64,000 bases of DNA from Octopus sinensis (lineage: Eukaryota). The stretch lies in the NCBI RefSeq assembly GCF_006345805.1, contig NC_043001.1, positions 120,590,001-120,654,000 of the forward strand, written 5' to 3'. Position numbers and translations under genes: made by a program. Position 1 is the stretch's first letter. Each line of letters begins with the position of its first letter. The notes below the pieces were generated by a model. The model saw only the letters and a program-made list of their open reading frames with translations, made no database searches and had not been told where the DNA came from. Positions 26,716 to 39,814 of the stretch are shown piece by piece.

Positions 26716-27110
26716 CATGGAACAAAAATGCAATAGAGGACAATAAAACAACCGGACAGATAGACAATACAAATGCCGACTGGAAAAACAACAATTAGAG
26801 GGACAGAAAAAAAGAACGGGTCATTCGTGGCCTTCTTTCGTCAGTCAAGTTTCCAGATGTGCTTACAGTTTCGGGCAGTTACACTTGAGACTGTTCGATC
26901 TGGTTCCCTATAAAAATTCTAAAAAAAGAATTTTTTTGTAAAAAAAGCTTGCGAATGTGTATGATAACGAAGACAAAAAATGGAGAACATGGTGCACATT
27001 TACAAATAAAAACAACAAGAATATAACAACAGGTGTCTTTCGACTGAGGGCGAATCAAATTGAGATGGCGTGTATAAAGTGAAAGCCTAAAGGCAGAAAC
27101 AAAGGAGATG
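26716..27110 (-). mobile_element. Interspersed repeat related to the 11830/13875 family, ending at (TA)n
   Basis: Minus strand ttgaCTGACGA...cGAATGAcccgt matches the 13940 core. Its terminal ~55 bp (26717-26775) is repeated at 27430-27484. Confidence 0.45.
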
Positions 27111-27524
27111 GACATAAGAGGTGCTGGAGTCAGCCGTAAGGCCAACAAAGATGATGGTTGGCCGAACACCGTTCACGAGGAAAGAGGATAAGAAAAAATC
27201 AAAGAGACAAAGGGAAAAGTACAGGGGAAATAAACAAGGAGGAAAAGTGGGAGTTAAAGAGAGGGGCAAGAAATGTGAGAGAGGGGGAGTGACAAAAAGA
27301 AAAGAGGAAGAAAGTATGAGGGGGACTAAAAGACTGAGTAAAAGAATCGTACAAAATTTAGATACATAATTACTATAAGGTGAGCAAAGGTGTACGTACG
27401 CCGCTATATGTATATATAAATATAAAAAAATGGAACACAAACGCAATAGGGGACAATAAAACCGGACAGATAGACGATACAAAGGTCGATATATATATAA
27501 GTATCTGTATATATATATATATAT

Positions 27525-27556
<32 letters not shown>

Positions 27557-27562
27557 ATATAT

Positions 27563-27600
<38 letters not shown>

Positions 27601-28479
27601 CATATATACATATATATATATACATATATATACATATACATCTATATATGTATATATATATATAGGAAACCCCACGCACACACGCATACATTCACACACA
27701 CACACACAAACGTACACACACATACATACATTCATACTTTCATTCATACATACATACACACACACACAAACATACACATACACACACACATACGTACATA
27801 CACACATACATACACACATACATATATACACACACGCATACACACATACATACACACACACACATACATACACACACACATACATACACACGCACATATA
27901 CGCACATACACATATACATACACACATGCATACACACACACATACATACGCACATGCATGCATACATACATACATACATACACACACACATACACACATA
28001 CACGCATGCACACATACATACATACACACACATACACGCATGCACACATACATACATACACACACACATACATACATACATACATACATACATACACACA
28101 CTTACACACATACACACATACATACATACACACATACACACATACACACACACATACATACATACACACATACATACACGCACACACATACACACATACA
28201 CATCCACATATACACACACATACTTACATACACTCATACATACATACACACACACATACCTACATACACACTCGCATGCACGCGCACACACATGCATGCG
28301 CACGCGCACGCACACATACATACATGCATGCACGCATGCCTGTGGGGTCTGGCTTTATTTCGGGCGTACGTCTGGGCTTGTGCGTGCGTGCCTGTAGATT
28401 CACATGCGCCCGTACCGCAAGAGTCTTTTCCATCAATCTTTCAGTTGCGAAGTGTGTCCTTGCATGCATATATATACAC

Positions 28480-29570
28480 ACATATAAACATATAAACACA
28501 CATATAAACCCTTACATTTGTACACACACGCACATACATACATACATTCACTCCCACGCACGTACACACACACATTTACATACATATATAATACACGCAC
28601 ACGCACATACACACGTACAAACACACACTAATTCACATACACACCGACACATAAACATACACACAACATATACCTCCACGCGCACGCACACATACACTTA
28701 TGTACACACATATAAGCACAGACACACATATACATGCGCACACATACGCACGCACACGCGCAAAGAAGAAACTCCCAACCCCACGGATACACGCATATAC
28801 ATCCATTTACGCTTACACACACACATACAAACGCACACATACACGCACACACAACTACACGCACATACATACACATGCACACGCACACACACACAAATGA
28901 ACCCACACATACGTCCCATACGGCATACAACCATACATACACGCACACACATACATACACGCACACAATTATACATACGTATATATACACACACACGCAC
29001 GTACAAGCACACACGCACACATACACTAAGTTAAGCACAGTTACTCGCCATACACACAAAAAACGCACACGTACACACACACATACTACAACAAAACACA
29101 CACACGATACATATACACGCACACACACATACCTCCCTGTTTCTGACCTGCCTTTCTGACTTGCTAGGGTACCCCCACATCACTCCTTAATTTTACTACT
29201 GCCTGCTACTAGCCATTGTCCACCATACACACACATACACACACACGCACACACTCACACACACACCCTTGTCATCTCGCACACCTTTTTTACCATTCCT
29301 TCTTTGATTCAGCTCTCTTGTTTTTAAAAACATTTTCCTCCATTTTTACCACTTCCGTCTTTTTAGTATGTGACCTCGTGAATACTACCTGCAATCTTTT
29401 TTCCTCTATCCTCCCGTCTCGGGATCGTTCTTTCTCCTATGTTTCCGACGAAGAGCTCCGCTCGAAACGTCAAACCCTCCTTCTTCCCTTCTTTCCTGAG
29501 CGTCCAATAATACTTTATTTGTTCCACATCCTTGCGTTGTTGTCTTTTTGTTTTCTTGTTTGGATTAACT
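28480..29570 (+). mobile_element. CA-rich Penelope-like non-autonomous element with hammerhead-like core
   Basis: Collinear homology with 36870-37809. Both end ttttcttgtttggattaact followed by (TA)n. Confidence 0.65.
29441..29475 (+). ncRNA. Minimal type-I hammerhead-like motif (CCGACGA core variant)
   Basis: GTTT-CCGACGA-A-GAGC-TCC-GCTC-GAAA-C-GTC-AAAC: stem I GTTT/AAAC, stem II GAGC/GCTC, GUC triplet. Confidence 0.6.
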
Positions 29571-29915
29571 TTATATATACATATATATATACACATATAT
29601 ATATATCTGAATAGATATTATATCTATGTACGTATAAGTCATAACAATTCAGGATGTATGGGAGATGAATATATTTATTTAACTACTTCACATCCTTACG
29701 ATTAGGGCCGTTTCGCTACCTTCTTCATGTCGTAATAATTTTAGTACAGAATAAATTATGCTTAGACTTTTGCTTTAAAGTGCATGCTACGCATTGCGCA
29801 ATACAACTGTACATTCACAAATCAATATAAATAGAGAAAGCTATCTCATTAGATTATCAGAAAATCACGGTTACAACTACGATTCAAATCCAGTCGTGAA
29901 TATACAACTGTAATG

Positions 29916-31130
29916 TATGCCGGTCGACTGAAAAGTGAATAGGTTGACCAAGGTACTCTCATAGAATATGACCAAATGAGGTTTATTTTTCAACAAAGTC
30001 CTCTTTGCGCTTCACATACTTCTTCCATTCTCCGATCGGTATTGCTATGCTTCGATCCCATTGGTGAAAAGGGTTTCATCCTGTTGACCCAAGAAAGTTA
30101 TCAACAGCGGATATGACGTCATCCTCACTGCGATACTGCTTCACAGGCAAGTGTTTTTTTTTCCATGTTGGGGAACAGATGAAAGCCAGATAGGGCCAAA
30201 TCTGGAGAATAGGGAGGCTGATCAACCAGTTCAAAGCCACATTCACGCATAGCATCCATTGAGACCAAGGTCTTGTGCGCTGGGGCATTGTCCTGATGAA
30301 ACAAGACCCCTTTCATCAGTTTTCTTTGGTGTTTGGTCTTGAGAGCCTTTCGTAACTGCTTCAGCAAGTTGGTAAAGTACTCTCCATTGATGGCGTGACC
30401 CTTTTGAAGATAGCCAATAAACACAATGGCTTTTATATCCCCAAAAAATAAGGACATCAACTGCCCAACAGATGAAACAATCTTGGCCTTCTTTAGAGCA
30501 GCTGAGGGGTGATGTTTTCACTGTATATATTGTGTCTTTGTATCTAACTCAAAAGTGATGAAGCCGACACTCATCATGGATTAGTAAATGTTCAAGTAAA
30601 CCAGCTGGATCTGCCTTAAACAATTTCAGATTTTGTCGTGTTGTGATCAGTCTGATGCGCTTTTGGTCAATTGTCAGAAGACGTGGCACACACCCAGCAG
30701 AAACTTTCCTTATGCCAAGTTCATTATGCAGAATTTTCTCCACTCCCTCACAAAATATGCTAATAGCATTGGCTATTTGATTTATAGTCAATCAGTTTCC
30801 CTCCTAAATTCAGCTGCCCACTTTTCCACTATTGATAAAGCTGGATCGTTATCCCCTAATATAGTAACCATGTCAGCATGAATTTCCTTGGGGGCTAAAC
30901 CCTTTTTCTGCGGGTACTTGACAACACCACAATGTCAAATTTTGACCATTTTCAAGAGAAGTGGCTACCAGTTACTTCTGAAGTGTTCTTTGAACAATCA
31001 GATGTCATTTTACCTGCAAAGAAACAATGCAGTTGTTAATAAAAAGCTTAGAAATAAATGCATACAAGATTTCACAGCTCTGGTATTACTCCTTCATAGT
31101 TGATCTATGAACTTTCAGCCCACCCTCGTA
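29916..31130 (-). mobile_element. Mariner transposon remnant with degenerate TIRs
   Basis: VPRLL, VLFHQDNAPAH and PPYSPDLA motifs. TIR-like ends at ~29916-29948 and ~31100-31130 with TA. Confidence 0.9.
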
Positions 31131-32052
31131 TAGTCGTAACATGCATATTAATGCAAACATGTAAACCTTACTAATTCTCCACAAAGTATCTCTTAAAATT
31201 TCTTACGATATAATAAATACGCGGATCTTTTCTGTTCCGTTGCACATTTTGAATTTTTAAATTATGTGAAACCTTTCAAATTTGGAGGATTGGTGTAATT
31301 TTCCACGCTGAATCTGAGGAAAAGTTTTAAAAAATAGAAACTACAGAAGTTTGAAGTTTAATCATTTTTATCCAGTCAGAAAACAAGATTTGGAAGCTGC
31401 CATTTTGTGCGTGACTGCACGTGTTGTCAACTATACGCGTGGTAACATATCAGTTCGTAAACACACGTTTTTTTTTGTAATACAGGAGACTTACAATGCT
31501 TGGCTTGTTACTATGGAGACAGGCACCTATCTGTCTGTGGTTTACGATTGGCTAAAATTACCAAAAATTTGCAAATTTTAAAAGCTATTAACTCTTTATT
31601 CATTAATCTGTGGCGAATAGGAATTTTCTGTCACTAATTACCATACAAGCTACATCAATACACCGAATGTGAAATAAATTGGAACAAAACTGAAGAAATT
31701 AAAAAGTGGCAACCAAACAAAATGGATCCAAATATACATATTTTACTCTACTTCACTTCTCTGTAAGACATTATTTTATTTTATCTTTTGTGCACACCAC
31801 ATATATTTTACATTGCAATTTTACATATATATGTATATGTATATACACGCGTGTGTATGTGTTTACGTGTGTGTGTGTTTGCATGTGCGTATTTGTGTGT
31901 GTGTGTTTGCGTGTATGTATGTTTGCGTGCGTGTGTGTTTGCGTGTGCGCGTATGTAAAACAAATTGTACAAGTGTATATAAAAATATTTTTAAAATACA
32001 TCATATATGTATGTTCATGAATAATTATATCACTAAACTCAGTATTTCTCTT

Positions 32053-32104
<52 letters not shown>

Positions 32105-32724
32105 TTAATGCACACATTCAAACGCACGCACCGAGACCCACACAAAATCTACAATCTAAATAAAAGGTCACCTTGTGATTAAATACAGAATATTTGATAT
32201 TCATTTATTCATAGTTAACAAAATCAGAATGTTTCGTTACTATGACCTTATCATAGTCTCTGAAACTTGGGCAAAGTATATTCAATTAAAGAAGCCTTAA
32301 TACTTTGTAAATATATATATTATTTGTAGCAGAGAAATGAAGAGCAACATCAATTCCATCGTTATTTGAGCTCGGAGCATTCAGTAAATATCTCATCGCC
32401 TTTAATCTGACATTAAAACCAATTTCGCTAACAGAATTGATATAGTACTAGCTTAGATGTTGGCACATGTGCATCAGAACTGATAGAGGTAAAATTAATT
32501 GTAGTTATTCTGAGTTCCAATCCGGTCGACTTTACTTTTTTTTTTATCCTTCTGTAGTCTATAAAAAAGCAACATTCAAGATCTGAGCCAATTTAGTCGA
32601 CTATACTCCATTACTAATGAAACTTCTGCGCCTGAAACCACGACAGAGATAATGGATATCTAAGCTGTTATATATAAATACCTGCATATATGTATATATG
32701 CATACATGCATGTTCTCATGCATA

Positions 32725-33050
32725 TAAACTACCACTCCGTGTCTTACGACGACGAGGGTTCCAGCTGATCCGATCAACAGAACAGCCAAGCTCGTAAAAT
32801 CAACGTGAAAGTAGCTGAGCACTCCACAAGCACACCTACTATTAACGTAGTTCTCATGGAGATTCAGTGAGACACAGAATGTGACAAGGCTGGCCCTTTG
32901 AAATACAGGTACAACTCATTTTTACCGGCTAAGTGGACTGAAGCAGCGTGAAATAAAGTGTCTTGCTCAAGGAAACAACACGCCGATGTGTATCGAACTC
33001 ACAACCTTACGATCGTTAGCCGAATACCCCAACCACTAAGCCACGTTCTT
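32725..33050 (-). mobile_element. tRNA-derived SINE (second family)
   Basis: Minus-strand head cgtggcttagtgg (A box) and gagttcgatac (B box). Related pieces at 6870-7035 and 60600-60840. Confidence 0.8.
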
Positions 33051-33279
33051 TCACCTCTATACATATGTGTTTGTTATTAATAACTGGATGATTAACTGTT
33101 AGTTTCTCTAAAACATGGTTCTTCACATAATGCAATATAATTGTAATATAAATCAGTATAGAGTATTCGGCAAACGGGTGTTGAGATCTCTTTTGCTTAA
33201 TATTGTTTTTAATCTTTGTATATATGTATGAGAGAGGAAGAGAAATAGAGAGAAAGAGCGTGTGTGTGCGCGCATAGAT

Positions 33280-33326
<47 letters not shown>

Positions 33327-33439
33327 ATATATATATATATATATATAGTGAAGAATGGAAAGTTCCGTATACACGTGAGATAGGTATATAAGAAAGAAAA
33401 GAAATGTAAGGGTCACAGAAAGTTTGTATCAAATATATG

Positions 33440-33501
<62 letters not shown>

Positions 33502-33505
<4 letters not shown>

Positions 33506-34075
33506 CAAACACACATCAACTTTTTTGATGAATTTTGTGTTTTGGACTCTGTTTTGGTGGCTCGTCATTGTCCAACCATTGTGCTGAACGTTTACGGTTT
33601 TTGTATTGAGACCATTTCTCATCACATTTTAAAATGAATCATTACAAAATGATTTTTTTGTTACAAGAAAGTAGCATAATGCAGACTTCCAAAAGTTGCT
33701 GTTTCATTGATTTCATGTGGAACCTACTAATCCAGCTTTTTCCCTTTACCGATTTGAAGTAGGCGAGTTAATATTATTTGCTTGCTAACACCAAACAACA
33801 ACAATAATTCACCGCCACTTTGAGATGGATCTGACTCGACGGCGGCTTTCACTTCGTCATTATCCACATTTTTATTTCCGGTCAACCGCGTTGCTCATTT
33901 GTGAAGTCAAAGTTACCTGAACGAAATTTTGCAAACCAATTTGATACTGTCTGCTGTGTAATAACATTAGAATAAAATACTACATTAATATTCCGAGCTG
34001 TCTGTGAAGCTGCATTTCCAAGAAAGAACTCATATTTCAAAACTGTACGAATTTCCGACTTATCTATTTCTAAAC
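33502..34075 (-). mobile_element. Mariner N-terminal/central fragment
   Basis: Minus frames give IDKSEIRTVLKYEF...WFAKFRSGNFD and CDEKWSQYKNRKRSAQWLD...HQKKLM. The fragment breaks at a (TA)n tract. Confidence 0.85.
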
Positions 34076-34736
34076 AAAAATAGCAAAGAATGATTTATAA
34101 ATACTTTATAAAGCGCAAAACGAGCAGCTGCCAAAGTTTACCACATACCTTACTTCAAATTTTATACTTGATGACATAATATATATATATATATAGTGTA
34201 ATAAATAAAATATATGCATACATACAAACATATATGTACGTACCTACATCTACATGTATATATACATGCATATATAAATATATATACGTGAGTACAGGAC
34301 ACACAAAACTAGACGTAGACTCAACGAGAAACGAAAACGGAAAAGCCATTTTTTTACAACACAAAATCAGAGACGTGGAACTGGACGAGAAACGAAAACG
34401 GGAAAAACATTTTTTTACAACAGAAAAACAAAGTACAGGACATGCTACACAAGGAAAAATCCCCAATCATCAGCTGTCGCTAGTTAGACTCAAGCGTGTT
34501 TCGAAGGCAAGACAGCGACTCGTCAAAACTAGGCCTTCCTGCGAGAGAATTAAAATAAAATTACCTCGCAGAGGGGTAAAACAAAGCAAGAAAAAAATGT
34601 AACACAAACAGGACATAACAATAAAACTGCACAATAAAATACAAGATAAAAATACATGTACAAGAAAATACAAAACGAGAAATAAAAAGAAAATACAATA
34701 CGAGAAATCAAAATAAACAAGAAAACAAACGAGAAA

Positions 34737-34774
<38 letters not shown>

Positions 34775-34852
34775 CATACATACATACATACATACATACA
34801 TACATACATGTATGAATGGATGGATGTTTGAATGGATGGATAGTATATATAT

Positions 34853-34893
<41 letters not shown>

Positions 34894-35938
34894 TAAGGAG
34901 GGAGAGAGCTAAGCAGTGATAAGTGAAATTGCAATGTTATTATCAGTCCGAATATGCTTGATGCACGTTCGAACTTGGGAACAAGCTACTCATTGCGTTT
35001 TGTCACGGAGAATATATCTTGCTTGTTGACAAATGGTGTGTATATACCTAGATCAGCTCGCAGCGCCACCTTATATTTGTATGCGCGTTATATGCAGAAA
35101 TACAGACAAAAAAACGTTCATATATGCGTACATACCCATGTGCACACACACATATTTATGCATGTATGTCTATATGTGTCTATGTATATGTGTGTGTGTC
35201 TATCTGTTGGTGTGTTTATCTATCTCCCTCAAGGATTTAAAAACTTCAGAAGACATGAAATAAGTAATTTTAACGATGGAACTCGGAGTAGATAAAGTTA
35301 TTAATATTAGCGTGAAAAATATTGGATGAAAACAACCCTAGGGTCAAAGGGTCTGCGTTGAATTCAAACACATCTTTTATTCACATTACATACGTTCTGC
35401 CATTATAGCAAAACAATCCTTTGGATCATATTAAGATGATGATGTGATAAGAAGCCACTCGAATGAAACTAGTAATTTAGATTAAATGATATTGGGCTGA
35501 TATTGCATGAATGTACATTAAAATGGTATTGTTTTGAATCGCAATAATGGAGGTATTGAGAAAGTGGTAGTAAAGAAAAGCGGTAATATCTATAAAAGTC
35601 TAAGAAGCATTGACTGACCATTGCAGTCGTTGCAATTAGACTGGACGTTCTAGCATCTCAGATTCGGGTTTGCAATCCTCCTTATCAGTTTTATACACCA
35701 GACTCCCCGCATTTCTAACACAGGAATAAATTCAACGCTGTTGCACTTCCTTATCACATTACAAATAGATGTTTGCTTACGTGTGTGCGTGTTTGCGTAT
35801 AAAAGTAGATTAATGTACTATGCCATTATATATGCCGCAGATAAATTAAATGTAGAGTTCCAGTCAATAATATTCGGAAATATGGTGTTTATTCTGCGAA
35901 TGTGAGTGTGTATGTGCGTGTGTGTGTATGTGCGTGTG

Positions 35939-35978
<40 letters not shown>

Positions 35979-36370
35979 TGTGTGTGTGTGAGTTGTGTTT
36001 GAATGCGTGTGTGTGTGTATGTGTGTTTAAATATGTGTCTGTGTGCAAATTTCCTATGTCTGCATGCTTTGAGTATGCGCATATTTTTCTCAATTTTCCT
36101 TTTCCTGTGGGAGATCTTTTATGTTATGAACAAAAGGAAAAAATGATATTATATGACACTGATAAAGAAATGAGAAAAATATCGGGCAAAATCAACGACC
36201 ATGCGTGATTTGCAATATATAAACGCAAGTACATTCCACCGAGAAAAGTCAATCTATTTTACGTAAGTGAACATATTTCGTTACACGTGAGCATGTGATC
36301 GAATGGAGTGTCATCAGTTTATATGTTATATAAATGCATTTATACATGCGTGTGTGTGTATGTGTGTATG

Positions 36371-36477
36371 TACAGGGGCTGGACAAAATAATGGCAACAC
36401 CTTAAAATTTCAAACAAATTAATTTTAATATTGGTTAGGACCGCCTTTGGCAGTAATTACAGCTTCAATTCTACGAG
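36371..36477 (+). mobile_element. Tc1-like terminal fragment
   Basis: TA-CAGGGGCTGGACAAAATAATGGCAACACC terminus; no partner TIR seen. Confidence 0.5.
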
Positions 36478-36722
36478 GCCGACCAAAGCCTTGTGAGTGG
36501 ATTTGGTTGACGGAAACTGAAAGACGCCCGTTGTATGTATGTATACACATACATAAACATACATATGTACACACACGCACATACACACATACACGCATGC
36601 AAAAATACATACATGCACACATACGTACATACATACATACACACATACATACATACGTACGTACATACATACATACACACACACATACATACACACACAC
36701 ATACATACATACATACATACAT

Positions 36723-36753
<31 letters not shown>

Positions 36754-36869
36754 TACACACATACATACATACACACACGCATACATACACACATACATAC
36801 ATACACACACGCATACATATACATACATACACATACACACACATACACACATACACACATACATACACA

Positions 36870-37809
36870 CACACACATATAAACACACATTTAAGCCCCT
36901 ACATTGTACACACACGCACACATATATATACATACATTCACTCGCACGCACGTACACACGCACGCACACACACACATTTACATATATATAAACTATACAC
37001 TCACACACACATACACACGTACAAACACACACAAACGCACATACACACCGACAGATATACGTACACAATATACACCTATCCGCGCACGCACACATACACA
37101 CAAACACATACAAAACGCACACATACACGCACACACATACACGTACATACATACACTCTCACACAAATGAACCCACAACATACATCCCTACACACACACA
37201 CGCACGTACAAGCACACACGCACTAGGTTAACAGTTACCCGCCACACACCCACACTCTACGCATACACACACGACACACACATGCACACACACACACACT
37301 ACAAAACAACACACACACATGATACATAAGCCCTTTGTTTTTTTGACCCGGCTTTGACCTGGCTGATACAAACAGCTAGTAGTCATTATGACAGCTGACT
37401 TTGTCATTGCCTTTATTCACCAAAAATACACACACACACACGCACGCACAAACACACTTGTCATCTTGCACACACACAAACACACTTGTCATCTTGCACA
37501 CACACACACACGCATTCCTTTTTTGGAACTCTCTTGCCTTGTAAAACCATGTTTCGACCACCTTCAACTTCTGTTCTTTCAACATGGATCTCTTGAGCAC
37601 TACCAGCTCAAATATTTTCTCCTCTGTCTTCCCTCCTGGGGATCTTTCCTTCTCCTTGTTTCCGACGAAGAGCTCCGCTCGAAACGTTTAAACCCTCCTC
37701 CCTTCTTTCCTGGGCGTCAATAATACTTTAATTGTTCCACGTCCTGCGTTGCTGTGTTTTTTTCCTCATTTTTTTCTCTTTTTTCTGTGTTTTCTTGTTT
37801 GGATTAACT
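36870..37809 (+). mobile_element. CA-rich Penelope-like non-autonomous element, copy 2
   Basis: Homology to 28480-29570 with the same 3' terminus followed by (TA)n. Confidence 0.65.
37658..37693 (+). ncRNA. Minimal hammerhead-like motif, copy 2
   Basis: GTTT-CCGACGA-A-GAGC-TCC-GCTC-GAAA-CGTTT-AAAC, with palindromic AAACGTTT after stem II. Confidence 0.55.
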
Positions 37810-37813
37810 ATAT

Positions 37814-37883
<70 letters not shown>

Positions 37884-38910
37884 GTGTATATATTAAGAGT
37901 GTGTCTGTTTTTCTATCTGTGCTTGTCACTCCACCGTCGCTTGACAACCGATGAGGGCGTGTTTAAGTCCCCGTAACTTAGCGGTTCGGCAAAAGAGACC
38001 AATAGAATAAGCACTGGGCTTACACAGTCCTGAAGTCGATTTCTTTGACTAAAACATCTTTTAAAGCAGTGCTCAAATGACTGAAACAAGTTAAAGAATA
38101 AAAGAAAAGAAAATTATGAAGGAAAGCAGAGTCCTGCGAGATCGCGTCGCAGTAAATTCGCTGCGAATAAGTACTACTTATAACACGTTAAAACTTAGCC
38201 AGACCGTGAAATATCGGATCAGAACAACGATTTAATCGTAGTATTCCACATATTACCCTGTAGGTATATAAAACTATACATATATAGAGGAGGATTTGTA
38301 ATTATATTTTAAAGGTTTGTATGGAATTGAATATAAAGACGGAGAGTGTTCGGTTTTGTTAGCATGTTAGCTCGATTGTCACAGAACCAATCCGTCATGA
38401 AAATAAGAATCTTTACCATTATAAGAACATTTTCAGTTGAAAAGCCATTATTGCAAAATCAAAATGTCTTCATAAAGCCATACTCAAATGAACGACCTTT
38501 ACATAAAATGGATGGAGTTCGTGTTGTGTAAGAATTTCTTTACAAATACAAAGATAAAATCCATTGGGACATGAAAGATCCTCATCAATTTCAATATACA
38601 CTGGGCTTTATAAGGAAATATTGCAGAATCTTCACAAAATGTTACTTACTTTAATGTTGGATAGGTAAGATAAATTTGTAAGACCAACAGTAATAGAAAA
38701 CGGAGAAGAAATTATACGTTGAAGCTAAATTCCACGACGCTGTCCTATATTGGTTCAGCGTTGTGGGAACGTCAATATTCATACATACATGCATACATAC
38801 ATATAGTCATACATACATACATGCACACAGACAGACAGACATAGACAGACAGCGAGACAGACAGGCAAGCAGACTGGTAGGCAGGCAAACAGACAGACAG
38901 GTAGTCACAC

Positions 38911-38951
<41 letters not shown>

Positions 38952-38969
38952 TAGATAGATAGATAGACA

Positions 38970-39425
38970 ACTTTCTTTATTGGCCACACAGGGCTGGACA
39001 CAGAGGGGACAATTACAAAGGTAGAGCTTTCCTTTTCGGAGATGGAAAAGGAAAAGGAAGAAAAAAAGGAAACAAATGTAAAAAAAAAAAGCGATCAAAA
39101 GGGATCGTGTATCACAGAAAGAAATTTTTTTTTTCAATGTAACAAATAAGATTAGGTTCATCCGTGGAAAGAAAAATCTACAGAAAAGACCACGGTAACC
39201 TCAGGCAGGGGGGGAAATAAACACATGAGAGCAAAGTGCTCTCTCTCTTTTACGATTAACAGGATCATGCTCAAAGTGGTTTCGTCACTCGCACGCACCA
39301 TCTTTGCTACATTCACCCACCTTTTTTTGAAACTTTCCCAAGACAAAACCTGTCTCTCCATTCTCACCTTCCTTTTCGAGTGGTACTTAAAAAAGTTGAT
39401 GAGCGAATTGCCAGAGAGGTAAAGC
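38970..39425 (-). mobile_element. GATA-family Tx1, 5'-truncated copy 2
   Basis: Same 3' end and KRKVRMERQVLSWESFKKRWVNVAKMVRASDETTLSMIL. Flanked by the array at 38828-38968 and (GATA)n at 39426-39514. Confidence 0.92.

Positions 39426-39514
<89 letters not shown>
39426..39514. repeat. (GATA)n spacer between copies 2 and 3
   Basis: Direct reading. Confidence 0.97.
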
Positions 39515-39515
<1 letters not shown>

Positions 39516-39814
39516 CTTTCTTTTATTAGCCACACAGGGCTGAATACAGAGGGGACAAATACAAATGCAGAGCTTTTCTTTTCGAGGGTGGAAAAAAAAG
39601 AAGATAAATGTAAGATTGCGATCAAAAGGGATCGGGAGGAGGAAAAAAAAGAAAAGAAATCGTGTATCACAGAAATAATGATAAAACATTGATAAAACAA
39701 GATTGGGTTCATCGGTGGAAGAAAAGCCTACAGAAAAGACCACGGGAACCTCAGTCAGGGAGGAAATAACCACATGAGATCAAAATGCTCTTTCTTCTTT
39801 CTTTTTTTTACGAT

